Shown: in pieces, positions 47,716-56,931 of the stretch | Layout: the number at the start of each line of letters is the position of its first letter | Position numbering within the stretch: position 1 is the first letter of the stretch | Virus record (IMG/VR): IMGVR_UViG_3300045135_002615 | Span: 186,001-250,000 of that record | Direction: 5' to 3' (one strand) | Length of the DNA stretch: 64,000 nucleotides | Translations under genes and position numbers: made by a program | The notes under the pieces: generated by a model | Told to the model about the DNA's origin: nothing | The model's database searches: none | The model's input: the letters and a program-made list of their open reading frames with translations, nothing else

Positions 47716-47788
47716 GGGTTGTTAGCTCAATAGGTAGAGCAGCGGACTTTTAATCCGTTGGTTCAGGGTTCGAGTCCCTGACGACCCA
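47716..47788 (+). tRNA. tRNA-Lys (UUU)
   Basis: Cloverleaf; GCGGA-CTTTTAA-TCCGT; GGTTCGAGTCC; CCA not encoded. Confidence 0.95.
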
Positions 47789-47869
47789 TTACCCCATAGG
47801 CTCCGTAGCTAGGAGCATACGTTTTCAGCCACCCATTAGTAGGTGGCTTTTGTTTAGGAGAACAAACAA

Positions 47870-48124
47870 ATGCAGATCAAGAATCTTACACGCAGTTTCT
47901 TTTACTTTGACGGCAACATCACCGAGGCACTTGAGGAGTATGTTGTCAAGCATCACGGTCTTACCTTTGATGGTGACCTCATCATTGAGGACGAGCAGGG
48001 TCTGTGGTTCATCAGCCCAGGTGAGTACATCGTCAAGAGTGATGATGTGATCATTGGTGCATGTGACGCAAGCGGTTTCGCAGAGTACTCACTCTACGCC
48101 TCACAGATCGAGGTGGCACGATGA
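47870..48124 (+). CDS. Small hypothetical protein
   Basis: AGGAG RBS; PGEYIVK. Confidence 0.7.
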   Translation: MQIKNLTRSFFYFDGNITEALEEYVVKHHGLTFDGDLIIEDEQGLWFISPGEYIVKSDDVIIGACDASGFAEYSLYASQIEVAR

Positions 48125-48402
48125 AGAAGCTCCTCGCTGTACTCGCTCTCACCGCTCTTGCCACAGGTTGCACCGATGCCACAATCGGTGCTTATGGGTC
48201 TTACGGCTCACGGGGTCACGCCACTTGCTACTCAGGCGGCAAGGTCACTTTCAACGCGATCTCAACGGGTCGCGTGAAAGACCAAGAGAACTCAGACGGG
48301 TTCTCAGCCAAGTGGCAGGACGTGGGGTCTGATGGGAAACCTCAAGGACCTGTCTACTACGCCACGGTAAGTGGGCAGTGCATCATCAAGTACCTCGACT
48401 GA
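48121..48402 (+). CDS. Lipoprotein
   Basis: MKK, hydrophobic stretch, LATG|C lipobox. Confidence 0.75.
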   Translation: MKKLLAVLALTALATGCTDATIGAYGSYGSRGHATCYSGGKVTFNAISTGRVKDQENSDGFSAKWQDVGSDGKPQGPVYYATVSGQCIIKYLD

Positions 48403-49768
48403 TGATCACTTCAACACTAGCCAAGCTAGTGGCAACGCTGGTCGACTTGCGTAAAATACTCGCAAGACGACCCGCAGGGAAAGGCTGATAGAGTTCCTCT
48501 CTACTTAAGAGTTGGTCTTCAGTCAAATCCGCATTCCTAGCTACGGCTCTTAAGGGCTCTTTAAGAGCTTCATTAAGGGTTGGGGAGCTAGTCTCTATCT
48601 TGTATAGAGTTGGCAAAGCCCCCTCTACATATCCGTTCTTTAAAGCATCGGACATGGAGAGGAGGGCTTTTTCTGTTTGTACTCTCCTCACTCTACCCTC
48701 TGCTTCCGTATGACCACCTACTTTGAGCCTGATCAGTGAACCCGTTAGAGCATTAGCCCTCTGCCTCCACAAATCTTGTGTGTGGGTATGAGGGCTTTCT
48801 TGTGCTTCCTTTAAGAGCATCTCAGCTCTCTCTGCTGTCTTTTCAGCGTGTTCATCATAAGGGTATGTGATCATCTCATTGAAGTTAAGAACGCACTCAA
48901 AAGCGGATCCAAAGAACTCGGCTTTGAACTCACCATCAAGGTTAGGTTGGTGGACATGTCCTCCTGTAAATGCGGCGAAATCCTCCATCCACCCCATTCC
49001 CCATATGACTCTAGGGGCTTCTACGGCATGACAGTCGAGTACTCCCTTGTGCCTGTTTAGTTGGATTGTCTTGAGAGCCTGACCGCTAATGAAAGGGGCG
49101 ACGAGGACTAGTGGTCTGCCCTCAAATCCACCCATGAGCTCCATGATCGGCACGACCTGCTTCAAGTCTTTGAGGGGTTGGCTTGATAGGGCAAACATAG
49201 GTCCTTCTAGGTATGCCTCTTTATCTGTATGTATTCTTACTGATGAGTGTAGTGCCTCTGACTCAATGACCTCACACCCGACACCGATACCCTTCTCTAG
49301 CGTGATGTGTGTGGCTAGACCTCCACTCAGGTTGAGTGCCTCAGCGACCTTCTCAACACTTTCCCTATCTAAAGAACTCTCCATACCTATCTTGATAAGG
49401 GTATGTTCACTTGAGGGTAATGGTTTGATGTCTTTGATAGCCTCTAATACCGCATTATCGACTTGGTTAGTGTATGTCGGGTGTGGTGAGTCATACATGC
49501 GTGAGAAGCTCTTTAAAAGCCCCGTAGAGAGCAGGCAAGCAGTTTTAGCACCATCACCATTACCACATACCTCCAGGAGGTTGTATTGGACTATTTTTTG
49601 TATGATTGGGTTAGGGTAGTGCCATGCATTGAGTATGGACTTAGCGGAGGGGTTGTTCCATATTGAACCCCCTCTTTGCATCAATACGGTAGTCCCCTTT
49701 GCTTTGTGGGCGGCGAGCAAGATTTGTTCTACCTGTTTGATCGCGGGTATAAGATTATGGAACGACAT
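48386..49768 (-). CDS. Divergent GroEL-like chaperonin
   Basis: KGTTV, GDGAKT, RPLVLVA, AVEAP, D.A..TGG, LKVGG.TE.E, G.V.G, EPLR. Confidence 0.8.
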   Translation of the reverse strand: MSFHNLIPAIKQVEQILLAAHKAKGTTVLMQRGGSIWNNPSAKSILNAWHYPNPIIQKIVQYNLLEVCGNGDGAKTACLLSTGLLKSFSRMYDSPHPTYTNQVDNAVLEAIKDIKPLPSSEHTLIKIGMESSLDRESVEKVAEALNLSGGLATHITLEKGIGVGCEVIESEALHSSVRIHTDKEAYLEGPMFALSSQPLKDLKQVVPIMELMGGFEGRPLVLVAPFISGQALKTIQLNRHKGVLDCHAVEAPRVIWGMGWMEDFAAFTGGHVHQPNLDGEFKAEFFGSAFECVLNFNEMITYPYDEHAEKTAERAEMLLKEAQESPHTHTQDLWRQRANALTGSLIRLKVGGHTEAEGRVRRVQTEKALLSMSDALKNGYVEGALPTLYKIETSSPTLNEALKEPLRAVARNADLTEDQLLSREELYQPFPAGRLASILRKSTSVATSLASVEVIISRGT

Positions 49769-49799
49769 CGAGGATCTCCATGTGAAAGGACTATGAAAC

Positions 49800-50744
49800 A
49801 TGTCTTCATCCGTTATACAGACTAGATCATCAGCGATCAGCTATAATACACGAGCCGCTAATTCAGTAGGTTGGGGTGGGTCTATCCCCCCCGCAGCAAT
49901 AGAGGCTTTCCCAGGTCTTGCTAAAGACCCTTCAACCAATGACTTTGCATTAGCTGTGGAGGCCTTCCAAGAGAAGACTTTTGGTGCGGGTGCTTCAGTA
50001 GATGGGAAGATGGGGCGTGGTACATGGTCCGCTCTCCTGAAGCAGTATGATCGAGTAGATGATACACAGCCCTTTTGGACTATTAACGACAGGCGTGTCA
50101 ACGTGGAGATTGACCCCTCTGTGGAGGTTGTAAACTTTGATCAGCCAGGTGGTCTTGATCTACACCGATTTGGTCACTTCTCATCTCGTAAGCGACCCCC
50201 ACGCTTTATTGTGGTACATTGGGGCGGTCTTGACCCTCATCATTGTTACAGGGTATTCTCAAGCCCTGATCGTCAAGTGAGCTCTCATGCGGGTATTGGG
50301 GTCTCACCTGAAGGCACCGCTACGATCTATCAGTACCTCGACCTCAACCATAAGTCATGGCACGCAGGTTGGGCAAACTCATATTCTGTAGGTATTGATA
50401 TTTGTCAGCAACCTTCTCTTAGGTGGAAGGATCATTACATCAAGAATGGTTACAACGTCCAAGAGATGAAGAACATGACGGGCAGGGGCGATGCTAATGT
50501 TTTGACCCTTGATCCTAGAGTAGCAATCGCTACTCGTGAAGCCGTTAAGAGCCTCTGTAAGGTTCTTAACATCCCTTATCAGTTCCCATGTGGTTCAGAT
50601 GGTCAGAGCTATGAGGGTGGTTTTTATCATGGGGTAGTGGATAAGGATTATCTCACTAACTCCTTCACAGGTGTGATTGGGCATCATCATATCACACAGA
50701 AGAAGTGGGATTGTGCCTGTTGGTGGGACACTCTCTTTGGTTGA
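49800..50744 (+). CDS. N-acetylmuramoyl-L-alanine amidase with peptidoglycan-binding domain (endolysin-like)
   Basis: AFQ...VDGKMG..TW; IVVH, SSH, WHAG..N..SVGI, GHH...K.DC. Confidence 0.85.
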   Translation: MSSSVIQTRSSAISYNTRAANSVGWGGSIPPAAIEAFPGLAKDPSTNDFALAVEAFQEKTFGAGASVDGKMGRGTWSALLKQYDRVDDTQPFWTINDRRVNVEIDPSVEVVNFDQPGGLDLHRFGHFSSRKRPPRFIVVHWGGLDPHHCYRVFSSPDRQVSSHAGIGVSPEGTATIYQYLDLNHKSWHAGWANSYSVGIDICQQPSLRWKDHYIKNGYNVQEMKNMTGRGDANVLTLDPRVAIATREAVKSLCKVLNIPYQFPCGSDGQSYEGGFYHGVVDKDYLTNSFTGVIGHHHITQKKWDCACWWDTLFG

Positions 50745-50751
50745 TTGATAC

Positions 50752-51057
50752 ATGGCTTCTCTCTTCATTAGTAATGATCTGACGAAGGCACTCAAACTAA
50801 AGGTTAGTCTTGGGTGCCCCCACATACACTTTGTAGCTGAAGAGGATTGTGACTCCTTCACTTCAGAGATTGTTTGGGGAGAGGTCTTATTTAATGGTCT
50901 TCAAGTTGCCCTGAATATGGGGGCGTGTATCGTTTCGTATGTAGACCATCACAGGAGGTCTACATTTATCGACCCTGACGACCTTGACCTATTGCTATCA
51001 CAACAGAAGAACTTGGAATCATACTTGAGAGAAGTAGATGTCTATCACGTTAGATGA
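50752..51057 (+). CDS. Hypothetical protein
   Basis: Operon-packed ORF. Confidence 0.55.
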   Translation: MASLFISNDLTKALKLKVSLGCPHIHFVAEEDCDSFTSEIVWGEVLFNGLQVALNMGACIVSYVDHHRRSTFIDPDDLDLLLSQQKNLESYLREVDVYHVR

Positions 51058-51610
51058 AGCCTACCAGATGTACATGATGGGTATTGGATACAGAGACATC
51101 TGTCAGCATATGGGTCTTGACATGGACCAAGCTAGATGGAAGGTCAAGAGTTATGCTTTGAAGAACAATCTCTTGTATCCTCGCCCCCCTCAAGATCATA
51201 CTCTCCTCTACAATCTATACTTGAACAAGATGCCCCCAAAAGACATTGCCAGGTATCTAGGGATACGCAGCAATAAGATATGGGAACGCCTTGACAAGTA
51301 TTGTAGGGAGAACTATCTGCCGATGCCAACAAAAAAGCCCTACGAGAGGGCTCAGGTGGCTTATGCTCTTAGGCAACGTGGTTTGAGCTATAGTAAGGTA
51401 GCCAAGATGGTAGGCTACTACGACAGGTCAAACTGCTTCAATGCGATTAAGGCTTATTGTCGTACTTACGGGGTTGGTGATAGTTCCCATACTGAGGGGG
51501 CTGACCATACTGATGACCATACTGAGGAGGTTGTCCATAGTGATGTCCATAGTGAGGAGGGGGAGGGGGATACCCATAAGGGGGGTATTGGTGATGATGG
51601 CGGGGAGTAG
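51038..51610 (+). CDS. Triple-HTH DNA-binding protein
   Basis: Three repeats: YRDIC..MG, PKDIARYLG, YSKVAKMVG. Confidence 0.65.
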   Translation: MSITLDEAYQMYMMGIGYRDICQHMGLDMDQARWKVKSYALKNNLLYPRPPQDHTLLYNLYLNKMPPKDIARYLGIRSNKIWERLDKYCRENYLPMPTKKPYERAQVAYALRQRGLSYSKVAKMVGYYDRSNCFNAIKAYCRTYGVGDSSHTEGADHTDDHTEEVVHSDVHSEEGEGDTHKGGIGDDGGE

Positions 51611-52043
51611 ACTCACGGAAGATGTCTCTCTCCCAACGCTTCCTTTGACGGCTGATGGTAGAGGGGCTTACTTGGTGGACGCATCTCTCTGAGAGTTCTT
51701 TATCGTTGAGACCCGCGTCATAGAGATTGATGACATGGATCATGTATCCAAACTTTGTACCCATCTCGATGTAAGGGTCTACTTCCCACTTGCGTGAGAA
51801 GGTGTTGTGGACAACAACGGCATGCCAGTCATCTTCGAGGAGATCTCGTGTCGATTCTTTACACCACTCATGTGCTTCTTTGAGCTTCTCGACATCAAAG
51901 TGGTACTCGCCTTTATCGTTGATGAAAAACTCGTCAACGCAGATCTCGGTGCGTGTGCTTACATCGCCGCAAATAAGATTCGCCAGCTCTGTCTTACCAG
52001 ATCCTGATAGTCCTCGGATTAAGATCAGTTTTTTATTCTTCAA
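51447..52043 (-). CDS. P-loop kinase (AAA_33/N4BP2-like) with Tyr/Gly/Gln/Pro tail
   Basis: RGLSGSGKT, AHEWC, VVHNTF, R.VH.V. Confidence 0.85.
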   Translation of the reverse strand: MKNKKLILIRGLSGSGKTELANLICGDVSTRTEICVDEFFINDKGEYHFDVEKLKEAHEWCKESTRDLLEDDWHAVVVHNTFSRKWEVDPYIEMGTKFGYMIHVINLYDAGLNDKELSERCVHQVSPSTISRQRKRWERDIFRESTPRHHHQYPPYGYPPPPPHYGHHYGQPPQYGHQYGQPPQYGNYHQPRKYDNKP

Positions 52044-52054
52044 TGTCGTAGCTC

Positions 52055-52240
52055 CTAAAGCTGTATCTCGATCACCCTCTTGGGCTCTTCTTTTTTTCGC
52101 TCAACAATCGGGCGATCTTGAAAAGGGTTGTCTTCTAAGGGTAGGGGTAGTTGAATCCCCCTGTCCCAATCTTCTTGCCACTCCTTAACGCTTGGGGGTG
52201 GCTTACGTTCTTTTATATTGATCCAAGTCATGTTTGTCAA
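52055..52240 (-). CDS. Small hypothetical protein
   Basis: GAAGGAG RBS; QLPLPL; VIEIQL end. Confidence 0.55.
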   Translation of the reverse strand: MTNMTWINIKERKPPPSVKEWQEDWDRGIQLPLPLEDNPFQDRPIVERKKEEPKRVIEIQL

Positions 52241-52305
52241 CTCCTTCCGTGTTCATATCTTATAATAAGAGTATGCCATGCAACACACACAAAGGATATT
52301 CACAC

Positions 52306-52650
52306 ATGGACAAAGACGCAATCGCAACACGTTTACTTACTCTCCGCTCACTCATCCTCCAACTCAAGGAGGAGGAGAACGTCCTTCGCTCTCAGCTTGA
52401 GGTAGGGGACAGCATTGAAGTTCCTATGGGTAAGGTCACTTTCTACACTCAGGTTCGTACCACTTACAATGAGACCGAGCTCTACAGCCATCTTATGGAG
52501 GAAGGTATTGACATCGACCTCGTTGGTGAAGCTCGTGTTCGGGTCAGTCGTGAGAAGGCGGAGTCCGTAAATGAGGACATCGCTACGATCTTGACACAGC
52601 ATCGCGAGGTTACTGAGGTTCCCTCTCTCAAGGTTACGCCTAAGAAGTGA
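52306..52650 (+). CDS. Hypothetical protein
   Basis: AAGGA RBS; TATAAT upstream. Confidence 0.7.
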   Translation: MDKDAIATRLLTLRSLILQLKEEENVLRSQLEVGDSIEVPMGKVTFYTQVRTTYNETELYSHLMEEGIDIDLVGEARVRVSREKAESVNEDIATILTQHREVTEVPSLKVTPKK

Positions 52651-52708
52651 TAGTCTGTTTATGGGGGGGCTGATTTATCACAAGCCAACCATGAAGGGTG
52701 TTCCCCAT

Positions 52709-53194
52709 ATGAGATACTTGACTTCAAATATGAGCAGGTCTGTACCGCACATGCCCAATCTTTCCGTAGCACAGAGGAAAGATCTCTTCCGATTAGAGTC
52801 GATGCTCTCTTCTACTCAAGAGTATACACAGCTGCCCTCCGCTTACTCCAAGATGACTCACATATTAAAAAGTAAGGTCTTCACAGACCGGAGTAGCGTA
52901 GATGATGCCAGTAACCATATCGAGTCTCTAGGCGTATTAAAAGATGTCTTTGACAGGGTCAGGAATCACCTCAAAAAAGAGATGGTGAGAGAGTATAAAG
53001 AGCTTCTTGCGGATCGTAGGTCTGCGGAGGTGCGTGGTGACATTGCACTAGTAGAAGACCTCGAAGATGAGATCTACTTTCATCAGCGGGATTTTAATAA
53101 GACTACGGATCGACTCAAACTTATTGATCGTCAATACCGCACAGAGATCAATGTACTCGTCAAGCACAAGGTCAGCCTGACCCGTATACGTTGA
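52709..53194 (+). CDS. Helical hypothetical protein, putative virion cargo
   Basis: MRYLTS start; motif at 52650-52662. Confidence 0.7.
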   Translation: MRYLTSNMSRSVPHMPNLSVAQRKDLFRLESMLSSTQEYTQLPSAYSKMTHILKSKVFTDRSSVDDASNHIESLGVLKDVFDRVRNHLKKEMVREYKELLADRRSAEVRGDIALVEDLEDEIYFHQRDFNKTTDRLKLIDRQYRTEINVLVKHKVSLTRIR

Positions 53195-53245
53195 TAGTCT
53201 TTTTATAGGTACTCTCTCCTATCAATCCACGATAGGAGAATACCT

Positions 53246-54856
53246 ATGTATCCACGTCGCCGTAGGCTGTCTCGCACAGCTTCATTTAATCGCGTTCGCA
53301 CCGCTTCAACTTCATTACTTCGTCAGCTTCACAAGATTGCGAGTCCTCAAGAGATTCATCGCAAGTACAAGGGCATCGTCTCTCAGTTCATGTCTGATAA
53401 GTATACTGCGATGGACGATGCTATCCATGATACAATCTTTGATCCTAATGAAAAGAAGCTAGGGACTCTCAGCCTTCGTGACCTCGTAGAGCTAAAGACT
53501 GAGCTCTCAGATGCGGTTGCCGAGCTTAATGATGCTTGGAACTCAGCTAAAGCTAATGCTCCTAAGATCAAGGCGATGCTTCAGAGGGAGATGGGTAGTG
53601 CCTCCGAGGATGACCTTGAGGTTCTTGAGGGGTACTATGACGAAATCCAAAGTTTCCTTCGTAATGGACACCCTCTTGCAACATACAACCCTTATGCTGA
53701 CTTCCTTGTGAAGATTGATGAGGAGATTGAGGAGAGGCGTACCGAGGGTGAGGACGATGCTAGGTGGAGACGTGAGCTCACCGAACTAATTGCTGACTTT
53801 GAGGATAGCTTGGCAGAGCTTGAGGTCATGGATAGAGAGGTTCGTAGCTATGCCGATCTTCGCCCTCTTAAGATGGTGAAGGTTGATGTTGATATGCTCC
53901 TTGACACTACGGGACTCGGATCAAGTTTCCCTGATCGCTATTCACGGGGCATACTATCAAGTATAAATATGGACGCCGCTCGTGCTTCAATCGCAAAGAA
54001 GAGGCACGAGCTGCTCAACCTCCAAAAGGCACTTCCAAGTGTCAAGGTCGTAGAGCGTAAGCTCAAGGAGTTTGAGAGCGGTGTTCGTGAGAGACATGAT
54101 CTCATCCGCCGTGCGAAAGAGGTTGATGCTCACACATGGCAGATGAACATTGGTCCTGATGCAGAGAAACTCAAGGGGAAGACCGAACTACTAGAGGCTC
54201 GTTCATCAGCTGTCAGAGCTGCAATTACGCTCTATCTGAGAGACCTCAAGATTTTCTCCATTACCCTAGCGGGTCAGATTACACGTCTTGAGAAGGTTTA
54301 TGAGTCATCTCGTGATGTTGAGATCAATGCGAACCTTGCTTCTGAGAGGAAGATTAAGTATTTGAAGTCTTCTCTCAGAGACATTCAAACTGTCCTCAAT
54401 CGTGGAGTAAAGTCCTCACGAGACCTTAAGGCTCTTACTGAGCGGTTTGAAAAGTTAGAGGCTCAGGCACAAGCAGGTGGGTCATCCGTGGTTCGTGAGA
54501 TTGCACATCAGCTTCGTGATACAAAGGCAGCTCTCAAGTCCGTTGTGGTCGATGAGGGACTCATGGGTAAGTTTAGAGGTCTCTTCTCTCGCAAGGCTTC
54601 TTATGAGTACATGGCAGAGATGGATCGTGTAGCCTCTGATATGGGTTACATGGGTTCAGACATAGACATGATGGCAGACGAGTGGATGTCTGACGATCTT
54701 GAGGCTGAATTCATGGGAGAGGATCTTGAGGCCGACTTCATGGCTGAGATGTATGTCGAAGGTGATGACTTCGAGGCTATGGAGGTGATGGCACCTCGCA
54801 GGGCTTCAATGAACCGTAGGGCTTCACGCCTCGCCCGTAGACATCTTAGGGGCTAA
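53246..54856 (+). CDS. Coiled-coil putative inner-head protein with scaffold-like acidic tail
   Basis: RTAS twice, KIAS, RKAS, RVAS, RRAS twice; DMMADEWMSD; motif at 53194-53206. Confidence 0.8.
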   Translation: MYPRRRRLSRTASFNRVRTASTSLLRQLHKIASPQEIHRKYKGIVSQFMSDKYTAMDDAIHDTIFDPNEKKLGTLSLRDLVELKTELSDAVAELNDAWNSAKANAPKIKAMLQREMGSASEDDLEVLEGYYDEIQSFLRNGHPLATYNPYADFLVKIDEEIEERRTEGEDDARWRRELTELIADFEDSLAELEVMDREVRSYADLRPLKMVKVDVDMLLDTTGLGSSFPDRYSRGILSSINMDAARASIAKKRHELLNLQKALPSVKVVERKLKEFESGVRERHDLIRRAKEVDAHTWQMNIGPDAEKLKGKTELLEARSSAVRAAITLYLRDLKIFSITLAGQITRLEKVYESSRDVEINANLASERKIKYLKSSLRDIQTVLNRGVKSSRDLKALTERFEKLEAQAQAGGSSVVREIAHQLRDTKAALKSVVVDEGLMGKFRGLFSRKASYEYMAEMDRVASDMGYMGSDIDMMADEWMSDDLEAEFMGEDLEADFMAEMYVEGDDFEAMEVMAPRRASMNRRASRLARRHLRG

Positions 54857-55427
54857 GCCCAAACTCCCTTCGAGATACAGGCAGGTAGTCAAAGCCAGGT
54901 GACACGCTCTCCCCATCGGAGATCTTCTTGCCCTCTTGATCTACCTTCATGTTAAAGGTCGCCTTTTCAGCACATGGGCTGAATGTGGCGACCTCTTCTA
55001 TATTGTCCGCCCACGCCATGAGGTAGGTACTCCCCTCAAATGGATTACCCTTAAAGTCTGTGCGTAATCCATAAGCAAACACGGGGACTCCGAGTTCATC
55101 CGCAACCCGTGTTAAGTCATACACCTGTAGCTTATTCAAGAACTGAGACTCATCTACGAATATGACCTTGAGCTCTCTTCGTGCATGCTCTTCAGACACT
55201 ATCTCAAACAAAGAGCTGTGCTCTTTAAGGGGGGTGGCCTCATGCTTAAAGCCCACCCTTGAAGCCACCTGAGCGACACCATCCCTTTTAGCTGCTATAG
55301 ATGGTATGAGCATCATGAAAGGGATTGATCTCTCATTACAAGAGTGAGCCCTCATAAGGAGGTTTGCGGTCTTACCCGCATTGACTGTTGAGTAGATAAA
55401 GTTTAACAAGGTGACATCTCTCTCCAT
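54846..55427 (-). CDS. tdk: Thymidine kinase
   Basis: NAGKT, ASRVG, VDESQF, YGLRTDF...FEGS. Confidence 0.93.
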   Translation of the reverse strand: MERDVTLLNFIYSTVNAGKTANLLMRAHSCNERSIPFMMLIPSIAAKRDGVAQVASRVGFKHEATPLKEHSSLFEIVSEEHARRELKVIFVDESQFLNKLQVYDLTRVADELGVPVFAYGLRTDFKGNPFEGSTYLMAWADNIEEVATFSPCAEKATFNMKVDQEGKKISDGESVSPGFDYLPVSRREFGLSP

Positions 55428-56029
55428 CCAAAATAGGATGATACTTTGTGGCGAACCTCTTGCACGAGGTTTTTTACTTTTTTACTATCCCACCCATATG
55501 TCCTAGCAATGTGTGAAGACTTCATCCCACCCATCATCGCGTCATACACTTTAAGGGCATCATCGGTGAAGCGACTTCTTACCTCTTCCATGATCATGTC
55601 ATCCGAGGGGTCTTGGTCATAAGACAAGTCCATAGAGTGTGAGTGAGAGCTTGAGATGTCCTCCTCAACACCCAACATGGCTTTAGAGCTGTCTTTACGG
55701 TGTTTATTGATGACGTTCATTACGATGCAGTTCATCACCATGACCACATAGGTTGAGAAAGCTGACTTCTCAGGGTCATAGGGACAAGAACCCTCATTAC
55801 GGATCATAATCCCTTTGTAGACTTCTTGTAGGACATCTTCCGGATCAAGTCCTTCCTTAGATACGGAGTGGGCTTGTCTCTTATAGAAGATAAGGCGAAC
55901 GTCTTGACTTCTTGTATCAAGGTCAATCCCTAGTTTGCGGGGTTTGACTTGATCAAAACTGAAGGATGCGATAGGAGTGATCCCGATTTGCCATTGACGT
56001 GTGGCTTCAATCCCTGAATAACTCGACAT
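55403..56029 (-). CDS. Sigma70-family sigma factor
   Basis: Region 2 EDVLQEV...YDPEKSAFSTY; C-terminal HTH. Confidence 0.75.
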   Translation of the reverse strand: MSSYSGIEATRQWQIGITPIASFSFDQVKPRKLGIDLDTRSQDVRLIFYKRQAHSVSKEGLDPEDVLQEVYKGIMIRNEGSCPYDPEKSAFSTYVVMVMNCIVMNVINKHRKDSSKAMLGVEEDISSSHSHSMDLSYDQDPSDDMIMEEVRSRFTDDALKVYDAMMGGMKSSHIARTYGWDSKKVKNLVQEVRHKVSSYFGWREMSPC

Positions 56030-56125
56030 GAGAGTCCTTTCGATTGGTTCATATTGTCAGCTTCACTCAAGAGCAAGGATTTAGTTGACTTCGAGAACTC
56101 GCCTTAAGTGAAAAGCTAGTTGTAA

Positions 56126-56153
56126 ACTATAGTGAATGTATAAGTGCTGTCAA
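56126..56153 (-). promoter_or_regulatory. Sigma70-type promoter for the sigma-tdk operon
   Basis: TTGACA-N16-TATAGT on the minus strand. Confidence 0.7.
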
Positions 56154-56178
56154 GTCACAACAAAGATAAAGGATTCTA

Positions 56179-56931
56179 ATGAACTTACTATTGATCGCAA
56201 CCTTGTCCCTACAATGCATGATCCCTTACGTCCAAGAAGCCTCAAGGACTGAGATACTTAAGGGGTGGAAGTATTACAGAGGTCGAGCTACCTCATCTTC
56301 ACGAGCTCTCCGTCTTTTGAGGTATATGGAGGAGGGTGGCGACATTGACACCCGTTTACTTGCCCTGTCATGGATTGAAGGGAGACTTCGTACAGGGGTT
56401 AAAAGAGGAGACCGAGGACGTGCCTGTGGGATATTCCAAATCCATGCACGACACTCTTACCCCATGTTCTCTCGTAAGAGGGGCTATGTGGATTGGGATG
56501 AAAAGGAGTCTAAGCATCTCATTGAAAGAGAATGCCGTCAGCTTGAACACACTAAGTATTCTATAACCACCATGAATAGGTACTTAGACTATATGGATAG
56601 AAGAGACTTGCACCCCTGCCATCACAACAGCGGACCAAAAGGCAAGTGCAACACATGGTATAAACAAAGACTCGATTTTTGGATCGGGTTCTTCGAGATC
56701 GCTAAGATAGCGTGCGACCCAGAAAGAAGAGAGAACATTATGGCAATGATGAGAACAGGAAACCCTATCCCTACCGCTCCCGCTCCCTTGATGCAAGGGT
56801 ACATGGATGCTATCTCTGGTAAGGATGTACAAAGCGAAGACCCTGTTTACAAGTCAGGTTATGATCTAGCTTTGCTTGTTAAGGAGGGTAAGGCAGAGGC
56901 ACCCACTTGGGCGGCAGAGGGGAATGGATGA
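56179..56931 (+). CDS. Lytic transglycosylase-like protein
   Basis: ALSWIEGR, GRACGIFQ, CHHNSG; resembles 45755. Confidence 0.55.
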   Translation: MNLLLIATLSLQCMIPYVQEASRTEILKGWKYYRGRATSSSRALRLLRYMEEGGDIDTRLLALSWIEGRLRTGVKRGDRGRACGIFQIHARHSYPMFSRKRGYVDWDEKESKHLIERECRQLEHTKYSITTMNRYLDYMDRRDLHPCHHNSGPKGKCNTWYKQRLDFWIGFFEIAKIACDPERRENIMAMMRTGNPIPTAPAPLMQGYMDAISGKDVQSEDPVYKSGYDLALLVKEGKAEAPTWAAEGNG

